DNA of 64,000 nt from Tricharina praecox (taxonomy: Eukaryota). Within the stretch, counting starts at the first letter, position 1; the number at the start of each line of letters is the position of its first letter. Below the pieces are notes generated by a model. It worked only from the letters and a program-made list of their open reading frames with translations, was not told the DNA's origin and ran no database searches. The stretch is from the NCBI RefSeq assembly GCF_024521635.1, contig NW_026250418.1:620001-684000 (forward strand), in the 5' to 3' direction. Shown here piece by piece: positions 40,295 through 52,562 of the stretch. Both the position numbers and the translations under genes were made by a program.

Positions 40295-40634
40295 TTCTTC
40301 CCTTCTCCACTACGCACGAATACAAAACCTCAACTTGAAACTTGTCATCAGTCGCCTTTGAAAACGAACATATACATACGCCCGTGCAACAACTGCCAGA
40401 TCGGATCTTCGTTTCGTTTATCTGACGCATTTCCCACCCACCCACCCAGCTGTCCCGGCAACGCAATCACACACCACGTCCCGGTCGATCATATAAACAA
40501 CACCACTCAAAAAGAAATCGCAAAAGCACAGCGCAACCCAACAAAACTATCCCTGTCGTACGCTCCGCCGGCGCGCTTTCGACTTTTGATACTCAACTCG
40601 GAAGCCATCGGAGGATAGAGATCGAGCTGCGAAC

Positions 40635-41115
40635 ATGGTCGGAAAGATGTCGCTCAATCCCGCGCAAGCACTGGCGACAGTGACGGTGATGAACCAGCAC
40701 GGCGAGGTGATCCACAATGGCGTAAGTCTCCGGTGTGCAATTGGCATCTGTGTGACAGGCCTGATTCTGACATTTCAATGCAGTCCAAATCCTTCTTCTC
40801 GGCGTTCAAGGAAGCGAAGGACGCCTACAAGCAACGCAAAGCCGAGATCGCTGTTGAGCGGCGGTCACAGGGCCGAGCGCGCGAGACGGTGATGCGCCGG
40901 AATACGACCCGCACGGCTGGATCGATTCAGGAGGCGCCAGCAACCCCGATGGTCGAGGACAACAGTGCACACCATAGCAAGAAGAAGCATCGCAAACCCA
41001 CCCGCCGCAACTCGTCTTCGCTCAGCAACCGGTCGGGAGAAGAGGAGATCACTGAGGACGCGCTGGTCGTCCGGAGTGCTGGTGCGGGAGATGCATTCGC
41101 CCGGCAGGACAGCAT

Positions 41116-41146
<31 letters not shown>

Positions 41147-42277
41147 CAGCTGCAGCAACAATACGAGGAGGAGCAGGAGCACCAGCTGTATCAGCAATCC
41201 CACGGTGGGGCACTATCCGCCCACGACCACGCGAGGGATATGGCGCCGGCGCTATTCAACGATCCGTCCGTAGTGGCGGTGCAGACCCTCCTCGCCCGAG
41301 TCCAATCCATCATCGACGAGATCAACTGCATCACCATCGGCCTGACCACGCTGCTCACCGAGCTGCAAAAGACGCCCGAGACCTTCGCCGCCGTCGGGCT
41401 CTCCCTCGCCGAGATCGCCAACATGCTGACGCACATCGCGCCGGGCGCGATGGTCGTTCTCAAAGCCGGCTTCCCCACCGTATTCGCGCTTCTGAGCAGC
41501 CCACACTTTGCCGTTATCGCGGGCGTCGCCGGCGCCGCAACCGTCATCGTCCTGGGCGGCTACAAGATCGTCAAGAGCATCATGGCGGGCGCCGACGTGA
41601 ACATGGCGATGGCGTACGGCGAGCTGCCCGACGAGGCGATTCTCGAGGAGGCCGTGCTCGGCGGCGAGATCCTCGGCGAGGTCGTCGACGACGATAGACG
41701 CATCGAGGCGGCCCCGGCTCGCGTCTACTACGAGCGCGTCGAGGAACTCCCCCCCGTCGCGGTCCCCAGGTCGCCGGAGCAGGAGCAGAAGCAGGAGCAG
41801 AAACAGATCATGCCTGCGGAAGATCCGGTTACGGCGAACCTTAAGGAGGAGTCGAGATGGCTCAAGAGGAGTAATAGCACGTTTAAGAAGTCGGAGGAGA
41901 AGAAGGAGCGCGTGAAGGTGGAGCGGCGACATACCAGTGCCGTCACCTCGTCCTCGTCGAAGAAGGAGAAGGAGGAGAAGAAGGAGAAGGAGAAGGACAA
42001 GCGCCACAACAAGGACGAGAAGGAAGAGCGCCGCAGCAAGGATAAGGAGCGGGAGCGCGGGAAGTTGGAGCGCCGCGCTACTTCCACACGACAGAGCAGC
42101 TCGTCGTCGTCCGGCGTCAGCAGTAACCGCTCCGAGAGCAGCGAGCGGCCGAGCCTTAGGTCGGCAAAAACTTCGCCGGCTGTGGTCACGGAGAAGGACG
42201 GGAAAGATGGGAAGGAGAAGAAGGAGAAGAAGAAGAATCCGCTCATGAAGCTGTTTGATGGGAAGTCGTCGAAATAG
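40635..42277 (+). CDS. Conserved fungal hypothetical protein with poly-Q, central hydrophobic hairpin and charged C-terminal tail
   Basis: Exon 1 MVGKMSLNPAQALATVTVMNQHGEVIHNG, intron ~40722-40783, then SKSFFSAFKEAKDAYKQRKAEI. Hydrophobic segment AAVGLSLAEIANML..FPTVFALLSSPHF..VIVLGGYKIVK. Strong GC3 codon bias. Confidence 0.75.
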
Positions 42278-43360
42278 CGTGGAGGTTTACTGGGCTTTGC
42301 TTTACTTTGGGAGCGCTTTTCTACGTATATCATTTTTCTTTCCGGGGTTTTTTGTTCATCTTTTTCGTCATCTCGACATTTCATCGTCAATTAGTACATT
42401 TAAATTCACACATTTACATATATATATCACAGGGACAGGAGTAAATAGAGTTGTTTTCTTGGTTATCATGTTTCGTTCTCCTATCTGTTTTGTTTTGTCT
42501 TTGTCTTTGTCTTGCATTCCTTGAGTAAGAAAGGGAGTAGGAGCAACGAAATACAAGATGGTTGAAGCCCGATTTCCGATTTCGATCGTGACTGGAACGA
42601 ATGAACGAGCGAACGAGCGGACGAGAATGAAAGAACCCCGCAGTGACAGTGACGTTGACGTTGAATGGACTGGATACGTGGACCGAGCCGGAGGTGCAGA
42701 TCACCAAGCGAGCGAGCGCAGAGGGGGTGGGGACGAGTGACCAGCCAGCACTGCAATCATTGGCAGGGTGGGCGGACCTATGATGCGCACGGGATAACGG
42801 GATAACGACACGCCTGAAGGGTGGGATCCGTGGGGTGGGATCTGTGGATGCGTGGATCCACTCACTCGAGGGTTGAGAGGAGAGCCAGTGTCGTCGCGCA
42901 GCGGTGTGGGGTAGGTAGCTTGTAGGTCAGTAGCCTGTAGATATCCGTTGACGAGTCGGCGGCGGCGGGCCAATAGATGCCATATCTACATGCTACACAT
43001 GCCGTGCATAAATAGATACCACACCGAGTAGGCGGCCCGCAAGCCGCAGAAAGTCGGGCTGATTGACTGGTTGGCTGGTTGGCTACTAGCTAATTTACAG
43101 TGTTGGTGCTGCGGATTGGCAGCGGATTGGCATGACTATCATGGAGACCGTGGAGTGGAGACCGTGAAGACCGTGGGGCGTGCGAGTGAGAAATGGCGTA
43201 TGATGCTCTACTCTGCTTGGACTGAGTTGCATATCTTCACGACGATTGTTCCCAGATTGAAGTAACCATTAATCCCCTCCCATCATATGTACCCAACTTA
43301 CTCCACAGCTCACAGCTCACAGCTCACAGCTCACCTCACAGCTCACCTCACTCCACACCT

Positions 43361-43410
43361 CACCCCTCACCCCTCACCCCTCACCCCTCACCCCTCACCC
43401 CTCACCCCTC
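43361..43410. repeat. (CCCCTCA)n minisatellite preceded by (CACAGCT)/(CACCTCA) units
   Basis: About 7 tandem 7-mers, intergenic. Confidence 0.8.
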
Positions 43411-43761
43411 CCTCCTCCCTCTTCCCTCCTCCCTCCCCCTCGCCCGCCCACCAGCCCCACGGCGTGAGCACCGAGATCATATAAACGCAAAACGCAAAAA
43501 CGCAAAAACGCAAGAAGCAAAGAAGAAAAGCCGTTCAATTCAACAAACAATTGACGAAACCGAAACTACCCGTGACCCAACGCAAGCAAGCAACTAATGA
43601 TCCAATAACAACAAGCCCAGCAATACAATGGAAAGAAGAGCTACCTAAGAAAAGAAAAAGGAAAAAAAGGGAAAGGAATAAGGAAAGAATAGAATAGAAA
43701 AGAATAGAATAGACGAAAGAATAGAATATCGTATCTACCGCCTTGGTGAACGTACAACCTC

Positions 43762-44653
43762 CTAGCCCAGGAATATCTATGCGTATCATCAGCAGCTGCA
43801 ACCATTTGATCTCAGTTTCTCAGGAGCAACCCACCGCCAACAACACAATCGTCAACACGATCGCCAGAATCAGGAGAAGACAGCAGGCCCTATTCCTCGC
43901 GCTCTTCTGATACCTCGACGCGCTGCGCAGCTCCAAGTCAGCCGCCTTATGATCCTGCGAGACACTATCGACATTCGCGCCAATGACGTCCAGCTGGTCG
44001 CCCTGATCCCTGATCATCGTGCCCAGGTCGCGAAATATATCGTTGATCTCCGTGACGCCGCGCTCCAGCGATCGGATCTCCTCCTCGCGCTGCAGAATAA
44101 GACTCTCATGAAACTCGACCTCATTCTGGTCCGCGAGGGCAGCAGCCTGCTGTTGCTGCAGGAGCAGCCCCCCCTCGCCACCACCGGGCGCCCCCTCCTC
44201 ATCCGTATACCTCTCCGTCTCGCCATCATGCTCATGCACGCGCCTCTTCGCAGCGGCCACAAACTGGCGCATCTTCTCGGCACTCAGCCTCTGCGCGCTC
44301 TGGAAGTCCGCGAGGGCACTGGTAAGCTGGTTCTGCAGCTTATCCTGCGTGTACTTCATGGCGGGCGAGGCGTCGGGCCAGGCCTTGGCGCGCTTGACGC
44401 CGTCGCTGATGTCGCGGAAGCCCGTGCGCGTCTCGTCGAGGAGGCGGGTGACGCGCTCACGGACTACGTCCGAGTCCTTCTTCGTGCCGACCAAGGAGAG
44501 TTGTCGGTTGAGTTGGGTTATGTTGCTGGTGAGCGTGAAGAGTCGTGACGAGAGCGACGTCGTGAGCGCTGTAAACTCCGGGCTGTCGCTGTACCCCGTA
44601 CTACGTGACGTCGTGGGCTGCGACTCGAGCGAGGGGAGCCGGTCGAACGACAT
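43762..44653 (-). CDS. PEP12: Endosomal/vacuolar syntaxin (Qa-SNARE, Pep12/Vam3 type)
   Basis: Habc region, SNARE motif LILQREEEIRSLERGVTEINDIFRDLGTMIRDQGDQLDVI, RYQKSARNRACCLLLILAIVLTIVLLA TM. Intron 43777-43834 adds IFLG*. Confidence 0.9.
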
Positions 44654-45095
44654 CGTGATCGTGCTGGTGCTAGTGGTGATGGAGGTGGAGTGTTTGCTGG
44701 TTGTGGTTGGCGATGGCGAGGGTCGGAGCTGTGGGTGTGTATGTAGAGGTTGTGCGGCGTCGTCATGTGGAGGCGAGCTTATGCTTGCTTGCTTGGGCCT
44801 GCGTGCTTGGCGCCTCGGTTGAACTTGATTTCAGCTTGACCACAATTCACAGGTGAGAATTTTGCATGCGATATTTCCAAGATCGTCAGGAACAATAGTG
44901 TAGGTATATCAGTGTCTCGAACTAGTTCTTCTACGCTTCATTCACCGAGCTTCGATGCACTTCTATTACGGCCAACTGTAACTCGGGGCGGACTGTACTA
45001 GTAGTTTACTGCTGGAAGCAAAGAAAACACTGACTGCGAAATACAAAAGCACCCCAAACGCGGAAACCGAAATCGACCTAGTTGTTACAGTTCCC

Positions 45096-46270
45096 TCACG
45101 AAAGATCCACCTCGCCATCGTCCGCCACTTCGCCTTGCGGAGGAGGTCCACCCGAGGACCACTGGGCGGCCGCAGCAGGGGGAGGACGGGCTGCTTGAAT
45201 GCAGGCTACGAAACACCGTCAGCATTAGTTTGGCACACTGGAGAAAAGGCGGACTTACAGTTCTTGATGTGCAGGAACAGCTGTACCTTCCACTTGTCCA
45301 GCTCGTTGACCTGGCTGAATTGGAAGAGATGTTCCGAGTACGCAGCCTCATCGCCAGCCTCAATTGCCGTGATCAGGTTCTGAATCCGTCAGCCTTCGCT
45401 CGTCACTTCTCAAGCAGCGAAAGGATACCCACCTGCAGCACCATAGACTCCCGCTGATTGGGCCAGTTGAGATCGATCTCGGCATAGCTCTGCAATGCTC
45501 GCTTGGCCGTTCCGATTTCCTATGTGCCGCATCAGCATCGTCGTCATCTCCATCTGGATCACCACTAGCTTACCCCGGTGCAAAGGTGACATATGGCCGC
45601 CTTGAAGAAGTACTCCTTCAAGCTCCACTTCATGAGGTTGTTACTGGCACTGCTCTTGGCCACCTCCTCATACTTATCGATAGCCCTCCTGTAGTCGCCC
45701 GCCAGCGCCGCATTATCCGCCACCTTCAAAAACATCTTATTCGCCATCTGCGTCGACCCCTCGACCTTGTACCAGGTACCCGCCTGCTCATATCCCTCGA
45801 CGGCGCCCTTCAAATCCCCAGCCTTCTCCAGCACCTCTGCCATCTTCTCCTCATAGCTAGCGGCGCGTCTAAAGTTCCCCTTTGAAGTATAATGTGTGAT
45901 AGCGCCCTTGAGGAGCCTGGCCGCATTCTCCGCATCCTCAGGGAGCATGTCGGGCTTTGCCGTGTAGCACTGCGACGCCTGTACCAGCGAGTTCGCCATG
46001 TCGTCGGGCTCGCCGATCTCGTTCTGCAGCTGCGCGGCCCGCTCGAGGATCCGCGCCGCTTGGTCGTAGTTTTGGCGCGCTTTGTACCCGTTCGCGGCTC
46101 GTACGTACTCGCCCGATGCGTCCTCGAGCTTCTCTTTGCGCCCCCCGAAGAAGCTGAAGCCGCCGCGCGCGGACTTCTCGAGCGTTTCGGCCTGCTGGCT
46201 GTTAGTGGTGGGGTGGTTAGTCGGTGGTGGGTACAGGTACCTTCTTGAGGATCGCGGAGGGGTCTTCCAT
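45096..46270 (-). CDS. SEC17: Alpha-SNAP (soluble NSF attachment protein)
   Basis: GGFSFFGGRKEKLEDA, HYTSKGNFRRAA, ANKMFLKVADNAAL, LMKWSLKEYFFKAAICHL, LDKWKVQLFLHIKN; 5 exons ending ...DDGEVDLS*. Confidence 0.95.
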
Positions 46271-46884
46271 GGTTGTAGATGTCGATGCAGGTGAGGTACG
46301 GTAGGATAGGAGAGTGGATGTGGATTTATTGGAGTGGTAGAGAGGGCGGTCGTGTTGTGATGATTGTGGCAGGTGCCCGTAACAGCTTGTGATGACCTGG
46401 AGCTCCCTTGCCGGCGGGGTGAACGCACTAAGAAGCAAGCAGAGTAAGCTGGTCTTGGCGCATGACCGGAAATGGACTTGGCAACTCTCACCTCGTTATG
46501 TCGGTATCTCGCTGGGAACTTCGGCGCATAGCTTCATGATCAAGATACAGGAAGTTTGTTACCCAAGCAAACTGGAGTTTGGTTGGCATGAGTTTCAGCT
46601 CGCTGGAATGACCTCTGGCTAACATGACCACTGCACTCTCCAGTACAAGCTTCAACTAAACGTCAAGATGCTGTGGGAGAGAACCCTGGCGGGAGTTTTC
46701 TGCACACTGATGGGATGTAGTATCACATTTTCCGCACCCTACATGGGAAGCATGTTATGCCCGGCATTTCCACGAGTGACGCCACATGCTCCGATAAGTG
46801 GACGATTGAATTCAAAGACATTGCCATTCCGTAGATGGCTCCTCGCAGCCGTTAATGCACGGACTTCGAAGAAACATCCACAAT

Positions 46885-47974
46885 CTAGCTCTCTTCCATT
46901 TTCTCATCATCGTCGTCACCCTCCAAAGCCTTCTTCGCCTCCTTCTCAGCCTCTTCAATGAGCTCCTTCGGGACCTCCTCGTGTTTGCCAAAGCCCTTGA
47001 CCGCCGAAGCCTCGTCAACCCGGATCCAAGTCATCTCCAGCTCGAAGTCTTTATCCTTCCCAGAGTTGTCGCCGTGTGCGGCGTGGATGATTCTGGCGGC
47101 GTGCTTGACACCCTCGTCGACGGTGATGTTTGGGAGGTCGAGCTTCTCGAGTTCAGCCTTGGCCGCCTGACGCCCACGTCCGGTGGCAGCACCGAAGTAG
47201 CCCTGTAGTCACGTTAGCTATCATCTCGACCCTACGAGGTACGAAGCAACGTACCCAGCCAACTCCACTAGGCTCGACCATCCACAAGCTCGGTCCACCC
47301 TCCTCGTCCACACCACCAATGATCGCCGTCACACCAAAGGGCCTAACACTCGAGTAGAGAGTGTACGCCTGGGTGTACTGTCCCATCCGGTCCGAGAGAC
47401 TCGACACGGGGATCGGGCCGTGGTACTGTTTCCGCCACTGGAAAGCTTCGTTGCGAGCACGGGAGGTGAAATGACGGGCGTCGGGAATCAGTCCGGAGCA
47501 TGCCTAGAGCGCAGAGAATCCATCAGCACCAACAATCGCGCGAACGTCGAAGCAGTAGAAGCAGAGGGAAACCAACGATTCCAATGTGCCTATCGACAGT
47601 GCTGATCCTCTTGTTGCTTCCGGGCACCAGTAGCTTGCTTCCAATAAGCTTCTCAACAGCGAGAACTACACCATCCTTACAACGCAAGCCGATAGCAGTT
47701 CCGCCGTTCTCGACAGCTTTGGTAGCGTATTCTACCTGTCGCACATCAACATTCCATCCCGCAATTCACACCGGAAGCTCGCAGAGTGGCGTAGTATCGT
47801 ACTTGGAAGTTTCGGCCATCAGGACTGAAGACGGAGTTGGAGAGATCGTAACCTGTGCCGATGGAGGTCTGTTATGGATGTTAGCAACGCGGGGTGCTTC
47901 TCTGCGCCCAGTTGGCTGTGGGGCCACGCTTATGATGTGCTGGAGACACGGAATGGAGCAGAGTAGCTTACCAT
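46885..47974 (-). CDS. PRE10: 20S proteasome subunit alpha-7 (PSMA3)
   Basis: [63 protein letters not shown], acidic tail. The first coding exon is the ATG alone; 4 introns. Confidence 0.97.
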
Positions 47975-48290
47975 GATGGGTGGAGGGGTATGGAGAAGTC
48001 CGGAGGATGGAAATCGACGGGGCGGTGGTGATGGTGGTTGATGTTTTTGGTTCGGTGTTGAGATGGCAGATGCCGCCCGCCAGGTGAGGTTCAACTCTCA
48101 GCTGCTAAACCGCATTTGTCCGTAGAGGGGTTAGTAACTTTTGTTATCTACTTGATCTTATCGGCTGCACCCGGCACGTGCGATCGACACCATCGTTCGG
48201 CTAATTCCGCAGCAGCGGCGTCACCCCCACCATTTTCGCGCAAACACTCCAAATACATCATAGCTCCCCCCATCCATCACTCTCCTCAAC
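47975..48290. promoter_or_regulatory. Compact bidirectional promoter region between PRE10 and translin
   Basis: Head-to-head start codons only ~316 bp apart. Confidence 0.55.
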
Positions 48291-49328
48291 ATGTCCGACC
48301 CATACACTTCAATCGACCATGACATCTTTGCCACTGTTCAAGAGCAGATCGAGCGCGATACTCAGGTCAAAGAGGTCCGTCGAAAAGCTTCCTTCGGGCA
48401 TGCCAACAGAGCTCAAACTAAGCATCCAATAAGCAGAGAATCCGCGACTCGTTGAAGGGCCTGGAGAAACAATGTTTACATCACTATACACGATGGGTAA
48501 AATCATGCGCTGATAAGGAATAGCCAAGCAGATCAACTCTATTCTTTCTCGCGTTCACTCTGTTGCGCCGACCGAAGGTACTGTCGTGCCTTGTTACGAG
48601 TGATGCATCCTATCTGATTCGGTCCTGTGCCTCTAGTCCCCGGCCTCGTTGCTAAAGCTAAGCCGGTCTTCGAGGAGGCCAAGAAGCAGCTTCACGGACT
48701 CATCAATGCTACCAAAGCTTACCCTTACTACAAGTACAACGGACTGTGGTCGAGGGATCTGCAGAACCTCGTGGGTGCTATCTCGACTGGAGTAGTTATA
48801 TCCGTCTAACGAAAATTAGATCTTCTTGACGATGTTTGAGACCTGGTTAGAGAGGATGTACACCACGGACACTCCGCAGACGGGAAACGCCTTGTTGACC
48901 ATTGAGGAGGTCGGCGAGCGGTTTGGAGGTGTGCAATATCGTTCAATGGCGGGATATTGACTAACAGATTGAAGTGCCTGTCAACCTCACGACCGAGGAC
49001 CAGTTCCACATCACGGTCGAGGAGTATCTCCACGCCATCATCTCGCTGGTTGAGGAGCTGGTAAAAGCCTCTTTCCAGCTGTATTGGCACCTTGCTAAAA
49101 TTTGGACAGTCGCGTCTGATGACCAACGCCGTCACCCAACGTGATTTCAAGCGGCCACAGCTCATCAGCACTTTCGTCAAAGACATACATTCGAGCTTTC
49201 AGGTGCTGAATCTCAAGAATGACTCCCTGAGAAAGAGGAGCGACGGCTTGAAGTACAACGTCAAGAAGGTTGAGGATATCTGCTACGATTTGATCGTGAG
49301 AAACCTAATTACGACCGAGCCAAAATAA
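48291..49328 (+). CDS. TSN1: Translin (C3PO subunit), multi-exon
   Basis: IFATVQEQIERDTQVKE|RIRD, YPYYKYNGLWSRDLQN, FHITVEEYLHAIISLVEEL|SRLMTNAVT..DFKRP, FQVLNLKNDSLRKRSDGLKYNVKKVEDICYDLIVRNL. Confidence 0.95.
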
Positions 49329-49414
49329 GAGGGGATGAGGAGCTGAAATAGTCTGCAACGTGGCCTCATACTGGATGATCTCACGTAAAATTTAGTTTAG
49401 ATAGAAACAACAGC

Positions 49415-50266
49415 AAACGTCTATAATGCCATAGTTTTGTTGAACGTTTCAAACCCACTCACTCAAGCCCACCACCATGCAAACCAACCACCTCTCAAAC
49501 CAACCACCATCCCCCACCACGCAAACCCACCGTGGCGAGCGATGGAAGAGCTGTCGGCGTGAGGAGGAAGTGAAGGAGGACTCCTGTCGGCGGGAGGAAA
49601 CGAATGTGGTTAGCAGTGGGCATGAACGTTGGTTGGCATGGCGGGGTCGACCACTGAGTGAGGAGGGGGACTTAAGCTGGGTCGAGTGGGGGTTTCATCA
49701 CCATCGTCTTCCTCTTCCTCTTCCTCTTCTCTCTGTATCATCATGTATCGAATAGGTAGACGGTCAACCCCCCATCTCCGGTCTCTCTTCTGTGTGTGCC
49801 CCCTTCCTCGTCCCACGCCTGTCGGCCTGGAGTTGGCAAAGAGCCCTCGCAAAACCACCACAACTAAAACACTCGTCTACCAGACCGGGAAGCGGATCGA
49901 AAGACGGAGAACACACAAGGAGAGAGAGGATGTAGATGTTGATTGTCTATTCTGTAGATGATGAGAGAGAGATAAGAAGAAGAAGAAGAGGAAGCAGACG
50001 ACGGAGAAAGCAGACGACTCGCTGGCCCCGCCAACGTTGATGCTCCCTACTAACCACATTCGCTTCCCCCCGCTGACGAGTCCTCCTCTCGAGTCTCGAT
50101 CCCTTTTCTCGCCGAAAGCTGCTCCATCGCTCGCCACAGTGGGTTTACGTGGTGGTGCATTTTCATGGTGGATCTGAATGGTTGTAGGCTTGAGTGGTGG
50201 TGGGCTTAAAACGTCAAACAAAACTATGGCATCATAGGTGCCAAAGCTATGGCATTATAGACGTTT
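49415..50266. mobile_element. ~850-bp degenerate palindrome (foldback / non-autonomous TIR element)
   Basis: Left end AAACGTCTATAATGCCATAG mirrors right end CTATGGCATTATAGACGTTT. Internal blocks pair throughout (AAACCCACCGTGGCGAGCGATGG vs CCATCGCTCGCCACAGTGGGTTT; CGAATGTGGTTAG vs CTAACCACATTCG; CTT-rich vs GAA-rich tracts). Centre ~49855; no coding capacity. Confidence 0.75.
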
Positions 50267-51089
50267 TCCGTAGGACAAAAGTTTAGTTCTCAAAGATTGT
50301 AGCCGGTCATATGTCCGCAACACTTTTCTAATGTTTGTGCAAATTCGGCAATCATGATTCAGCACTCGCAATGCCGGTTTGCAGCTGTGTTGATGTATGA
50401 TTCGGTTCGCGCGAGCCCCAGGAAGGCGAAAGTCGGGGGAGAGAGCGAGATGGCAGCAGGAGGAGCGAGTATATGTGTAGGCCCATATCGGTCTTGGCTG
50501 TCAATCTATCTTTTGCTTGTATCGGCCCGAGGCGGATGGGCTGGGGATGGGCAGGGGATGTCGAGCGCCGCATTGGACTGATCGATGCGGGTGTTTCCAC
50601 CTCAATTGGTTAGGGCAGATAGGAAAGGAGTGCGTTGGTTCGCCATCTTCGAGACAGGCTGCATGACACCTGAATTGATGTTCTCTCTCTTTCTCTCTCG
50701 GTTGCCCAGCTCGGGATGTAGAGCCTTGTCAAGCTAGAATCGCACTGCTTCGTGCTTAGGCGGAGGGCGAGGCTGTTACGCCGAACCAGTCACCGCGATT
50801 GCAATCACCGGAGTAGTGGCCACGGACGCGGAAGCAAACTCCTGGACCGAAGGAAAAGTGCCCGGGCCGTCGCAAGTTGGAAACATGCCAAGCAATTCAA
50901 TTCGCCGCACAGTGGAGAGCTCCCCACCATACCTAATTCAACCTCTTCATTCTTTCCTCTTCCTCTTCCTCTTCCTCCTCTACCTCTACATCCTCCTAGA
51001 CCTCCTTGACCTCCTCGACCACATCTTCCCCCCTGTTTATCCATTCTACCAACCAACCTCGACGAAACTCACCATATCAATCGCCCAAC

Positions 51090-51830
51090 ATGCAGATCTT
51101 CGTTCTCACCATGACCGGTGGAACCCTCACTCTTGACGTGAGCTCTCCATTCGTCGCCTAGGTGTACATGTGACGCCGATAGCAGCAGCCTCCCCCCTCG
51201 TACTTGCCGTTGTTAAAAAAAGCAAACAGGTTGAAAGGACAGACACCATCCGTCACGTCAAGGCCCTCATCAAGGAGAGGGAGGGTATTGACGCCATAGA
51301 TCAGCGCCTGATTTACTCAGGAAAGCAGCTCAAGAGTGACAACACCATCGAGGAGTATGGCATCCAGAAGGAGGCCACTCTCCACTTGTGCCTGCGCCAA
51401 ACGGGTGGCTCGCCCAATTCTGTCAAGACCCGTAAATGCACCCCTATGTTCCAAGGTTGCACGATTGGCTGTTGACATCGCTTTTTCTATATAGTTACGG
51501 GAAAGGGAAAGATCGTCACCCAAGAGGCTGGGGCTGACAAGGCCGACGCCATCAAGGCTTCCGATACGGTTGACGAAATCAAGGCTTCCGATACGGTTGA
51601 CGACTTCAAGAACAACGGCAAGGAGGGCTTCACCATCCACAAGTATCAGGACAGGGAGGGCTTCCACTTCTACGAGCAGCTCATCTTCGCCGCACAGCAG
51701 TTTCAGAACGACCACGAGGTCTCTGCCCCCAGGGTTCAGAAGGGCTCCACCCACAACCCCGACCTCTAATTACGACATTACGAAGGAGTCCACTGTCTGT
51801 TCTGTTCTTCGCCTGCGAGAAGGACAGTAA
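51090..51830 (+). pseudogene. Diverged polyubiquitin-derived gene: one intact ubiquitin-like unit followed by a degenerate, frameshifted unit
   Basis: [68 protein letters not shown] (intron 51138-51229). Second unit VKT|LTGK.. (intron 51432-51494) has a duplicated IKASDTVD and a stop at 51767-51769. The tail SNYDITKESTVCSVLRLREGQ* lies in another frame. Confidence 0.75.
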
Positions 51831-52140
51831 ATGGTCGGGTTGGCTATGCTGGGATGATTTGATGGGTGTTTTTATTTTCATTTGTTTTGTTCGGTAGTCT
51901 TTTTTCTGTCGGTTTCAATCTCTTCTAAGGTACTAGCTTCGGTCACTTGCGAAATACCTAACTGTTTTAATTCCTGGGTGTTGTTTTTTTTCTTCTTTTC
52001 TACAGACTGGACATCTTGTGTGATATCATGTACTTTGCAAAGCATCCGTAGTATGTACATAGGTGGCATACTGTCGAGATGTATTTGTCTATCCTCAAAG
52101 ATCCACACAGAGAGATCTATGTAGGTACATATGCAACTAA

Positions 52141-52562
52141 GGCCCGTTTGGATGGCCTCAGTTTTGAGTTCCAGTTTTAGAGCCAAATCCAGTTCCCCGC
52201 CGGGACACCGAATACTGTGGCCAATTTCAGTTTCCGGAGAACTTTGAGGTGAACAGAGTGCTTGGCAGTTCTCAGTATAGGTACTCAGTCATAAGTCTGA
52301 ATAATATGCTTCACCAGAACTTTAATATGTAGTGGACACATTGTGGCCCCGCTTTTTTCTCTTCCCCGGAACTAAAGGGAGTCCATGGTTAAAGTTGAAG
52401 TTAAAATGTGATACTGAGTGGCGGCAAAGCTTCATCGCTGGAGCTACACAGTTTCAGTTTTTTTTAAGTTTTTGTGCCATCCAAACAGGGTTGCAGTTTT
52501 TTTTACTCGATTTCTCGAAAAACTGACAGTTTTCGCTAAAACTGAGGCTATCCAAACGGGCC
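52141..52562. mobile_element. MITE with PIF/Harbinger (Tourist)-like TIRs, 422 bp
   Basis: 25-bp TIR GGCCCGTTTGGATGGCCTCAGTTTT (52141-52165) vs AAAACTGAGGCTATCCAAACGGGCC (52538-52562), one mismatch. Flanked by (C)TAA on both sides; AT-rich non-coding interior. Confidence 0.85.

Noticed and set aside
44966..45151. Small TM-like ORF (MDLLRKAK...)
   Set aside because: Overlaps the last SEC17 exon and 3' UTR in another frame, with a GTG start.
12325..51830. F-box, HECT ligase, proteasome subunit and ubiquitin-like gene as a ubiquitin-system cluster
   Set aside because: Spread over 40 kb among unrelated genes; these families are common enough for chance co-occurrence.
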